NCBI GenBank assembly: GCA_963843845.1
Contig: CAWJMB010000002.1
Span: 1,536,001-1,600,000, forward strand
Length of the DNA: 64,000 nucleotides
Direction: 5' to 3'
From: an uncultured Gemmatimonadaceae bacterium
Lineage (GTDB): Bacteria; Gemmatimonadota; Gemmatimonadetes; Gemmatimonadales; Gemmatimonadaceae
A program made the translations under genes and the position numbers. Positions within the stretch are counted from its first letter, which is position 1. Each line of letters begins with the position of its first letter. This document shows, piece after piece, positions 53,878 through 64,000 of the stretch. The notes beneath the pieces are model-generated. The model saw only the letters and a list, made by a program, of their open reading frames with translations. It was not told the DNA's origin and did not search any database.

Positions 53878-54848
53878 TTGGCCTTCGATCCGCGCGTCAC
53901 CGAGCAGCGCAACCCGCGCACCGTCGACATCGATCTCGCGTCGCCCGAGACGATCGTCGACCTGATGAACGCCGAGGACCAGTCGGTGCCGCTCGCCGTG
54001 GCGACGCAGCGCGCCGCGATCGCCGACGCGATCCGCGCCGTCGAGCGCGCGTTCCGCGATGGCGGTCGCCTGTTCTACGTCGGCGCCGGCACCTCCGGCC
54101 GGCTCGGTGTGCTCGACGCGTCCGAATGCCCGCCGACGTTCGGCGTGGACTTCGATCTCGTGCAGGGACTCATCGCCGGCGGCGAGGCCGCGATGTTCCG
54201 GGCGCAGGAGGGCGCCGAGGACAGCGAGGCGCGCGGCGCGGACGACATCGCGGCGCGCGGGGTGACGGCGCGTGACGTGGTCGTCGGCATCGCCGCGTCG
54301 GGCACCACGCCGTACGTGCGCGGCGCGCTCCAGGGCGCCCGAGCGCGTGGCGCGACGACGGTCGTCGTCGCCTGCTCGCCCCCCCCGCGGCGACACTCGC
54401 CGTGTCCGACGTGGCGATCGTGCCGATCACGGGGCCCGAAGTCGTCACCGGCAGCACGCGCCTCAAAGCCGGCACCGCGACGAAGCTCGTGCTGAACATG
54501 ATCACGACCGGGGCGATGATCCGCGTCGGCAAGACGTACGGCAACCTCATGGTCGACCTGAAGGCGACGAACGTGAAGCTCGTCGACCGGAGCGAGCGGA
54601 TCGTGATGGAGGTGACCGGCGCGTCGCGCGACGAGGCGCGGCGCGCGATCGACGCCGCGGGCGGGCGTGTGAAGACGGCGATCGTGATGCAGGCGCTGGG
54701 CGTCGAGCGCGCGGCGGCGGAGCGCGCGCTGCACGAGGCGGGCGGCGTGGTGCGGCGCGTCCTGCCCGGCGCGCCGCCGCCGGTCGTGGACGGAGCGTCA
54801 CCGGCCACGCCCGCCGCCAGCGCGCCCGCCGCGACGAGCGCCGCGTGA
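53878..54848 (+). CDS. murQ: N-acetylmuramic acid 6-phosphate etherase (frameshift near 54385; start approximate)
   Basis: [54 protein letters not shown]. Confidence 0.95.
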
Positions 54849-56046
54849 CGTCGACCGGCGCCGACGTCTTCGTCGGGCTCATGTCCGGCACCTCCGTCGA
54901 CGGCATCGCTGCGGCGGCGGTGCGGTTTCACGAAGGCGCCGACGGACGACTGCGCGCCGAACTGTTAGGCACGTCGCACTCCGCGTACACCGACCGGCAG
55001 CGCGACCGGCTGCATGCGGCGATGGTGTGCGCCACCCCGGACGAGTATTGCCGTCTCGCCTTCGACCTCGGCGACTGGTTCGCCGATGCGGCCACCGCAC
55101 TGCTGCACGAGCAGGGGATCGACCGGTCGGCCGTTCGGGCGATCGCGCCGCACGGCCACACGATCTGGCACGTCCCGAACCACTCGACGTGGCAGCTCGG
55201 CGAGCCGGCCGTGATCGCCGAACGACTCGGCGTCGACGTGGTCGCGAACTTCCGGGTGCGCGACGTGGCGGCGGGGGGGCAGGGAGCGCCGCTCGTCTCG
55301 GCCGCCGACGTGCTGCTGTTCGCGGGCGACCGCTGGCGCGCGCTGCAGAACCTGGGCGGCATCGGCAACGTGACGGTCGTCCCGCCGCACGACACGCGAC
55401 GCGACGATGGCGAATCGTTCGGCACCGAGCAGCCGGTGGCGCGCGCATTCGACACCGGGCCCGGCGTCGCAGTGATCGACGCGGTCGCACGCCGCGTGCG
55501 CCCCGAGCTGCCCTACGACGTCGACGGCCGCCTCGCCGCCGCGGGGGCGCCGGTCGCCTCCGTCGTCGACGAGCTGCTCGCCGCGCCCTACTTCGCGGCG
55601 CCGCCGCCGAAGTCGACGGGACGCGAGCTGTTCACCGCCGCCTACGTCGACGACCTGATCGCGCGCTGCCGCGGCGACGGCACCTGACGTACGCGACGAG
55701 GATCTCGTGGCAACGGCCGTGATGCTCACGGCGCGCTCCGTCGCCGACGCGTACGCGCGGTTCGTGCACGAGCCGGTCGACGACGTGCTGCTGTCCGGGG
55801 GCGGCGCGCGAAATCCGGCGCTCGTCGCCGCGCATCCGCCGTGCCTTCGCGGCACGCGACGCTGCGGTCGACGTGGAGCGTTCGACGAGGTGTTCTTCGA
55901 CGGTGAGGCGAAGGAGGCGGTGGCGTTCGCACTGCTCGCGTGGCTGCACGTGCACGGTCGCGCCGGCAACGTACCGTCGGCGCACCGGCGCGCGCGGCGC
56001 GCGCGTGCTCGGCGAGCTGACTCCGGCGGGCGAGTCGGCCACATGA
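54845..56046 (+). CDS. anmK: Anhydro-N-acetylmuramic acid kinase (frameshifts)
   Basis: [46 protein letters not shown]. Confidence 0.93.
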
Positions 56047-57596
56047 GCGACGTCGCGCAGCTGCTCATCCCGTCGCTTCGCGCCGACGCCGACGGCCGAT
56101 TCGCCGCGGCGCGCGACGCAGGCACTCGCCGCGCTGGCGCTCGGCGTCGGCGGATTCGTGCTGGACGGCGGCGACCAGGAGGCGCGTGCGCGTCGTTCAC
56201 GAAGGAGCTGCAGCAGCGGTCGCGCGTGCCGCTGCTCATCGGCGCCGAGCTGGAGCGCGGCGCGGGACAGCAGTTCGTCGGCGCGACCGGGCTGCCGCCG
56301 CTCGCCGCGCTCGCGTGGCTCGGCGACGCGGAGGCGCTGCGCCGCGCCGCGCGGCTGACGGCGCGCGAGGCGCGGACGATGGGCGTGAACTGGAACCTCG
56401 CGCCGGTCCTGCGATCTCGAATCGGCGAGCGCGGACCCGCGACGACGACGTGACGGCTCCGATGGGGCGGGCGACACCGCGTCGTTCGGGACCGATCGCT
56501 CGGCGGCGATCCGGCGACCGTCGCGCGGCTCGCCGGGGAGTGGATCACGGCGTGCCAGGCGGAAGGAGTGCTCGCCTGTGCGAAGCACTTCCCCGGGCGC
56601 GGCCGCGCGCCGCGCGCGGCGCAACGGCGAGCCGTCCGTCGTGCGCGCCGACCGCGACACGCTGCACGCGACCGAGCTCGTGCCGTTCCGCGACCGCGAT
56701 CGACACGAACGTCGCGTCGATGATGACGGCGCACGTCGCGTACCCGGCGCTCGACCCGAGCGCGCTCCCGGCGACGACCTCGCGCGAGCTCCTGCAGTGG
56801 CTGCTCCGCCAGCAGCTGCGCTACGACAACCTCATCGTCGGCGACGCGAGCGAGCTGCGCGCCGCCGGCGGGAGCGGCGGCGCCGGAAGCGAAGGCGGCG
56901 CGAGCGAGGCCGACGCGATCGTGCGAGCGATCGGCGCCGGGTGCGACATCGTGATCGCGCCGATCGACGTTGCGCGAGGTGATCGACGCACTCGACGCCG
57001 CGGTCGCCGACAGGCAGCTCGACCCCGACCGCGTGCGGCAGAGCGTGCGCCGTCGGCTGAAGTGGGCGCAGTGGGCCGCCCCGCCGAACGACTGGCGCCG
57101 CCCGTCCGCCTCCGATGCCGCGTGGGGCGCGCAGCTCTGCGACCGCGCGATCGTCGCGCGCGGAGACGACGCGCGCAGCGTCGCCGCGCGCGCCATGCGC
57201 GACCGCGCGCTCGACGTCGTGACCGTACGGGACGACGCGGCGCTCGCCGAAGGCGGCGCGCCCGTCGAGGCGTTCGTCGAGACGCTGCGCACGGCGGGGC
57301 TCGCGTCGCACCGCGTCGCGTCGGTGCAGGAGGCGGCCGGGCAGCGCGTCGTCGCACTCTGTGTCGCGCCCCCCGCGAGTCCGGAACTGGCGCCCGGGTC
57401 GATCGAGCGACTCGGCGAGCGCGTGGCGGCCGACTGCGGACATGCGGCACGTGCCGGGTACGCGGTCCTCGTGGTGCTGTTCGCGCACGAGCGCCTCCGG
57501 ACGCTCGTGCCGTCCGGCGTCCCGATGCTCTGCGCCTGGACCGGTGACGCGGCGATGCAGCGCGCCGCTGCCCGCTGGATCAGCTCGTCGCGCTAG
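56043..57596 (+). CDS. Glycoside hydrolase family 3 (NagZ-like) protein (many frameshifts)
   Basis: ERGAGQQF, GVNWNLAPV, CAKHFPG, ELVPF, MMTAHVAYPALD; follows anmK. Confidence 0.8.
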
Positions 57597-57633
57597 CCGC
57601 CGAGCGCCCGGCAGCCGTCAGGCGCGCGCGCCG

Positions 57634-58840
57634 TCAGGCGCGCAGTCGCGAGATCAGCCAGAACGCGGCGACGAGCACGGCGGCGGCGATGAGCAGCGCG
57701 TAGTACAAGCGCGCCCGTTCCTTTCGCTGCGCGATGGGCGTCGCCACCGGCGCCGCCACGGCGGCCGGCGCATCGTCCGGCGTCCGCTCCGGCGGCTCGG
57801 CGGCTCGCAGCGACTCCGGCGTGAGACGAGGCTCGTCCACCCCGGCGGCGAGGGGGAAGGCGCGGTGCCCCACGTCATCGCCTTCGACCGGCGGCTCGAG
57901 TCCGTCGCCCTCGAACCGCGCCGCGACGACGGTGATGTTGTCCGGGCCGCCGCGCGCGTTCGCCGATCGCGATCAGTCGCGAGCACAGCGCATCGAGGTC
58001 GGGCGCCTCACTCGCGAGCTGCGCGACCTCCTCGCCGCGCACCTGCCCCGACAGGCCGTCGCTGCACAGCAGCAGCAGGTCGCCGCGGCGAAGCGGCTGG
58101 TGCGTCAGGTCGACCTTGACGATCGCGGCTCCGGGCCGAGCGCCTGCAGGATGATGTTGCGGCGCGCGCTCGTCTCGGCCTGCTCGGGCGTGATCTCCCC
58201 GGCTTCGACGAGCTTCTGCATCAGCGACTGGTCCTTCGTGATCTGCCGCGCCGCGCCGCCGCGCACGAGGTAGGCGCGGCTGTCGCCGACCTGCGCGAGG
58301 TAGAGCGTGTCGCCGCGCAGCGCGGCCGCCGTGACCGTCGTGCCCATGCCGTGCAGCTCGCGTGCGCTGCGCGCGTGCGGTGGATCGCCGCGTTCGCCGC
58401 CAGCGTCGCGTCGCGGAGCGCGGTGGCGAACTGCGGCCGGGTCGTCCGCCGCGTCGGCGAGCGCGGCTCGCGGAGCGTGGTACGCGGCATCGTGTCCACG
58501 GCGAGGTGGCTCGCGACCTCGCCGGCCGCCGCGCCGCCGAGGCCGTCGGCGACCATGAACAGCACGCCGGGTCGGCCGCACGATCGACGCGTCGACGGCG
58601 CGAGCGCTCGCCGCCGGCTCGAACGTCATCGCACGGTCGTCGCGCGAGGTCGGCGACGAGGTAGGCGTCCTCGTTGTGCTCGCGCGTCCGGCCGACGTCG
58701 GTGCGCGCGAAGACGCGCACGACGCACGCCGCGTCGTGGACCGTCATCGGGGTCGTCGGCGTGGGCGTGGCACGCCGACGCTCGCGCGCGGCACGAGGGC
58801 CGCGGATCGAAGGCGGAGAGTGACGCGCGGCGAGAGTCAT
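57634..58840 (-). CDS. PP2C-family Ser/Thr phosphatase with C-terminal TM helix (frameshifts; start 58840 or 58747)
   Basis: TDVGRTREHNEDA, VADGLGG, GMGTT, QVGDSRAY, RNIILQALG, LCSDGL, DNIT. Confidence 0.9.
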
Positions 58841-58988
58841 CGGGCGCGAAGATAGGCGCGGCGCCAGGGAGGGTCAATCGGCGGCGCGTGCGTGCGCCGC
58901 ACCTTTCGCGGCACTTCCGACGCCGTTCCGCGCCGCGTCGACCGGCCGCGTCGCGCGCGCGCTCCGCGACGCGCGTTAGCTTGCGGCG

Positions 58989-60953
58989 ATGATCTCGCGC
59001 GCCGCGCGCGCTCGCGCTGCGCGCCTTCGTCGCCGCACTCGCGGCCGCGTGCGCCGGCCGCCGAAGCCCGCCCCGGCGCCGCGCACCGACGGCCCGGCCG
59101 ACCGCCGAACCGGAGCACGTCGGCCTGCCGCCGATCGCCGCGCGTGAGCGGCGGCCCGCTCGCGATCCGCGTCGTGTCTCCCGGCGCGAACCAGTCGCTC
59201 GGCCGGCTCGACTCGACGTTCGTGTTCGGAGTCGGTCGGAAGCGGCGACGCGACGCTCACGATCAACGGCGCGCCGGTTCCGGTCGCCGCGAACGGGGCG
59301 TTCCTCGCCTACGTCGCCGGTGCCGCCGGCGTCGGCGCCGCGCTACGAGCTGGTCGCGGCGCGCGGCGCCGACACGGCGCGCCGCACCATCGCGGTGCGG
59401 ATCGCGGCGCGCCGCGTGCTGCCCGCGGACGGCCGACTCGTCGTCGACACGGCAGCGTCGCGCCGGCCGAGGCGCTGACGCTGCGCGGCGACGAGCCGGT
59501 GCGCGTCACGGTGCCGCGCCCCGCGTGACCGCGCCAGGTCTGGATCACCGGACTCGCCGCGACGTCGCGCGACTCGACGCGCGTCGCCGCTCGTCGACCT
59601 CGCCGCCGCGCGCGGCGCGACGCCGCGCCCGCGGGCGACGACGCGGCCACGACGTGGGTGACCGAGCTGCCGGCGACGGCTGCTCGCCTCGCCGGCGCGG
59701 CGCGCGGCTCGTCGTCGCGCGCGGCGCCGACACGGTGCGGCTCCGCTGTCGCGTCGCGTCACGCTCGCCGGGCGACACGCGTCGGCGCCGACGCGCTCCG
59801 CCCGTCGCGACTTCGTGCAGCTCGGGCGGCACCGGCGCGCGGCCGACACCGACCGCGTGGTCGTCGGCCGCCCGACCCCGGACGGCACGTACCGGTGGTT
59901 CTTCCTTCCGGGCACGATCGTCGAGCGCACCGGCGCGCAGGGCGACGTCCACGCGCGTGCGGCTCGACGGTCGGCTCGAGGTCTGGGTCGACGTCGACCG
60001 ACGTCGTCGCGCTGCCGGCCGGCGCCGCGCCGCCGCGCCGCGTCGGTCGGCTCCGTGCGCGTGGTGCCCGCTCGCGCGAGTGGGTCGACGTCGTGCTTCG
60101 CGCATCGGCGAGCGCCCGCCGTACGAGGTCGTCGAGCGCGGACGCGACGTCGAGCTCGACGCTGTTCGGCACGCAGCTCACGCCCGAGATCCTGCCGCAT
60201 CATCGGCACGGCGACCGACTCGCTCGTGCGGCAGGTCGTGCTGGACGCAGGAGGCGACCGACCGCGTGCGCGCATCACGCTCCGCCTGTCGCGGCGCCGT
60301 ACGGCTACCTCGTGCTGTGGGACGCCGCGCGCGGCACCTTCACGCTGCGCCTGCGGCGCCGCCGCGCGATCGACGCCGCGCGCGCCGCTCGCGCGGGCTC
60401 ACGATCGTCGTCGACGCCGGGCCACCCGCCGGGCGGCGCGACGGGGCCGACCGGGCTCACCGAGCCGGTCGCCGTGCTGCCGGTCGCGGAGCGCGTGCGC
60501 GACCTGCTGCGCGAGCGCGGCGCGACCGTCGTGATGACGCGGACGACCGCCGGAGCCGGTGGCGTTGGGTGACCGCGGCCGATCATCGCCCGCCGCGCGA
60601 ACGCGCACGCGTTCGTGTCGTGCACCTGAACGCGTTTCCGGACGGCGTGAACCCGTTCGCGAACGCACGGCACGAGCACGCTGTTCTTCCACCAGCACTC
60701 CGAGCCGCTCGCGCGCGCGGTGCAGCGCGAGCTGGTGCGCCGCTTCGGCCTCCGCGACCTCGGCGTCCACTACCAGAATCTCGCCGTCGCGCGCCCGCCG
60801 TGGATGCCGGCGGTGCTCACCGAGGGGCTGTTCCTGATGCTCCCCGAGCAGGAGGCGGCGATGCGCTCGCCGCAGGGCCGGGAGCTGTACGCGCGCGGCG
60901 ATCGTCGCCGGGCTCGAGGCGTACTTCCGCGACCTCGCGAATGGCCGCGATGA
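58989..60953 (+). CDS. N-acetylmuramoyl-L-alanine amidase (Amidase_3) with long N-terminal region (heavily frameshifted)
   Basis: IVVD, GHPPGGATGP, GATVVMTRT, HLNAFPDG, NLAVARP, PAVLTEGLF fragments. Confidence 0.78.
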
Positions 60954-63900
60954 GGCGTGCGGCGGCGCGGTCGGGCGCTTCGCGCTGCCGCGTGCGGCCT
61001 GACGCTCGCGCTCGCCGCGCGCGCCGCGTGCGCGCAGGGCGTCGATCCGCGCGGCGACTGGCGCACGCTCGACGACGCCGCACTTCCGCGTGCACGTCGC
61101 CGCCGCGCTCGAGGCGCAGGGGCGCCGCGCCGCGGCGGACGCGGAAGCGGCGTGGACGACTGCTCGCGCGCGAGCTGCGCGCGCCGCGCGGACCGCGTCG
61201 ACCTCGTCGTCTGACCGACAACAGCGACATCTCGAACGGCTTCGCGACGCCGCTGCCGTCGAACCGCATCGTCGTCTACGCGCAGCCGCCCGTCGACGCG
61301 CCGGCGCTGCGCTTCTACGACGACTGGCTGCAGCTCGTCATCACCCACGAGCTGACGCACGTCTTCCATCTGGACCGCGCCGCGCGGCGTCTGGCGACTG
61401 CGGCCGCGCGATCTTCGGGCGCAACCCGGCGCTCTTCCCGAACGCGTACGGCCCGTCGTGGCTGACCGAGGGGCTCGCCGTCTACTACGAGTCGCGCCTC
61501 ACCGGCGCCGGGCGGCTGCTGGGCACACGAGCACCGCCTCGTCGCGCGCGCCGCGCCGCGGAGGCGCGCGCTGCCGCGGCTCGACCAGCTCAGTCTCGCC
61601 GGCTCCGTCTTCCCGCTCGGCGAGCGCGCGTACGCCTACGGCTCGCTCGTCGTCGATTACGCGGCGCGGCACGGCGGCGCGCAGAACGTCGGCCGCTTCG
61701 TCACCGCGCAGAGCCGCAGCTCATTCCGTGGCGGCTCGAACCGCGCGGCGCGCCAGAGCTTCGGCTTCTCGTTCACCGACGCGTGGCGGCAGTGGCGCGA
61801 CTCGGTGACGGCGAGTGTCGGGGCTGCGGGACCGGTGGGCGATCGCGGAGTGTCGGGGCCTCGCGACTCCGGAGGCACCGCCCGGGCGCCAGGCCCGGTC
61901 GCCCCCGGCTGGCGCGAACTGACCCGGAGCGGGTGGTTCGCCGAGGCACCGCGGTGGATCGACGACCGGACGCTGCTGTTCGTTCAGAGCGACGGGCGGT
62001 CGGCCGCGGCCGCGCAGCGCGTCACGCTCGGTGGGGCCGCGACGCGGCTGGGCCGACGCAACGACGTCTCCCCGAGCGCGCTCGTCCCCGGCCGCGGCAC
62101 GTACTTCACGCAGGTGGACTACACCGATCCGTACACGATCCGCAGCGATCTCTATCTCGAAGCGCCGGGCGCGCGCGATCCGGGGTTCGGCGCCGGCACC
62201 GGCGCGCAGCGGCGACTCACCGTCGGCGCCCGACTGTCGCACGTCGACGCGCGGCGCGATGGGTTGCTCGTCGCGGTGCAGGCCGCGGCCGGAACCACCT
62301 GGCTCGTCCGCGTGACCCCCGACGGGCGCACGATCGTGCCGCTCACCGCCGCCTCGCCGGACACGCAGTGGACCGAGCCGCGCTGGTCGCCCGACGGCCG
62401 CCGCGTCGTGGCGGTGCAGCTGACGCGTGGCGCGGGCTCGGCGATCGTCGTGCTCGACGACGATGGCCGCGGACGCTTCGACGTGACGCGCGACCGCGGC
62501 GTCAATTCGGCGCCGGCCTGGTCGAGCGACGGCGCGCGCATCTACTGGGCGTCCGACCGGACCGGCGCGCCGCAGCTCTACGCGGCCGACGTCGGGTCGA
62601 CCGCGCGGAGCGGCGCCGTGCTGCGACTGACCGGCGTCGCCACCGGACTGCTCGAGCCGGCGCCCGCTCCGAGGGGCGGCGCGCTCGCCGCGCTGCTGTT
62701 CCGGACGGACGGCGCGCACCTCGCCGTCGCCGACAGCGCGGCGCTGGTCGCCACGCCCGCGACGCGCGACTCGGCGTACTACGCGTCTGCCACGCGTGTC
62801 GCGACCGTCGCGGCGCGCACCGGCGCGCCGCTCGGGCCGTACTCGCCGTGGCGCTCGTTGCTGCCGCGCTACTGGTCGCCCGCCGCCGACGCGTCCGACG
62901 GCAACAGTTGGCTGCTCGGCGCCTCCACGAGCGGGACCGACGTGCTCGGTCGGCACGCGTACTTCGGGCAGCTGCTCGGCAACGTGGACACCGGCGACCT
63001 CGAAGGGAGCGCGACCTACCGGTACACGCGGTTCGTCCGGCCGATCGTCGACGTCGGCGCGAGCCAGGTGTGGCTGTACGACACGCTCGGCGTGCGATTC
63101 GCGAACGGTACGACGGGGCGCGCGTCGCTGGCTCGCCGTGCCCGGACCGCGTCGCTCGCGCTCACGTTCGCCCGTCCGCGCTTCCGCACGAATGCGTCGC
63201 TCGCCGTCGGCGCGACCTACGAGACGCGGGCATACACGTCGCCGAACGCAGCGGTGCAGGAAAGCGCGCAGGACCGGCTCGGCACGGCGTTCCCTGCGCT
63301 CTTCGCCAGCGGCGCGTGGTCGAACGTGCGTCGGCCGCGGCTCAGCATCTCGGGCGAGGACGGCGTGGCGCTCACGACGAGCGTGCAGCAGCGGTGGCAG
63401 AACGGCCGGCTCGGGCCGCAGTCGCGCCGGGCGATCGGCACCGCGCGCGTCTACAAGTCGCTCGACCTGCCCGGGTTCTCGCACCACGCGCTCGCGTTGC
63501 GCGTCGCCGCCGGTGCGACCGACGCGAAGACGGCGACCGAGCTGTCGGTCGGCGGTGTGAGCGGCGGCAGCGCGTCGATCGCGCCGGGCGTGTCGTTCGG
63601 CACGTCGGCGCGGACCTTCGGTGTCCGTGGGTTCGCGCCGGGGGTGCAGCAGGGAACGCGCGCTGCGTCCGCGGCGCTCGAGTACCGCGCCCCGGTGGCG
63701 CTGCCGGCGCGCGGTGCGGCGCTGCTGCCGGTGTTCGTCGACCGGCTGTCGGTCACCCTGTTCGGCGACGCGGGGAGCGCGTGGTGCCCCGCGTCGGTCG
63801 ACCGCGCCGTGCAGCTGCTGTGCGTCGTCGATCCGAGCGGCCGCCCGTCGCGTCGCTCGCCGGCGGCGCCGGCGTGGATGGCGTCCGCCGGCGCGGAGCT

Positions 63901-64000
63901 CGACCTCGACGCGGCGCTCGCGTACGACGCCGCGTTCCGGTTCCGCCTCGGAGCCGCGGCGCCGGTGGCGCGGCGCGAGCTGGCGTCGCGCTCGCTGTCG
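60950..64000 (+). CDS. Outer membrane protein: zincin-like peptidase + PD40/WD40-like propeller + Omp85/BamA-type barrel; 3'-truncated, frameshifts in 5' part
   Basis: VITHELTHVFHLD, WLTEGLAVYYES, PRWSPDG, PAWSSDG, GVRGF, LEYRAP, LFGDAG. Confidence 0.75.

Noticed and set aside
13092..61850. GCGATCGC (HIP1-like) copies
   Set aside because: Plausibly explained by Ala-Ile-Ala codons and high CG content; not distinguishable from background by eye

Overview
Very GC-rich bacterial chromosome segment, most likely Gemmatimonadota (inferred from the EF-Tu switch-I variant, gene content and codon style; not verified). Positions 1-15948 hold the 3' end of the str operon and the S10-spc ribosomal protein cluster (fusA, tuf, rpsJ to rplO, secY, adk, map), which stops without the alpha cluster. 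Housekeeping and accessory genes follow: ftcD, suhB, trpS, a pilT-like ATPase, a dapA-family gene, peptidases, purA, ypdA, glyQS, three histidine kinases, a coupled cluster (ubiquitin-like protein, HDAC, methyltransferase, corA, GvpL/F, Ser/Thr kinase, dipeptide epimerase), priA, a TonB receptor plus lipoprotein, ccdA, an ABC exporter, ggt, murQ-anmK-GH3, a PP2C phosphatase, an amidase and a truncated peptidase/beta-propeller/Omp85 protein. Many essential genes are frameshifted in patches, which is best read as sequencing or assembly indels, so several boundaries are approximate. No rRNA, tRNA, CRISPR array or mobile element was recognised. The most striking unexplained signal is a non-palindromic octamer, CGTTAGGC/GCCTAACG (18 exact copies counted by eye, both strands), embedded in genes through otherwise avoided TTA codons and through stop codons. 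Also notable: low-complexity ribosomal protein extensions (including a eukaryote-like Gly/Arg-rich uS5 N-terminus), a GGGGATC palindromic element family with one in-frame coding copy, and repeated leaderless-type starts.
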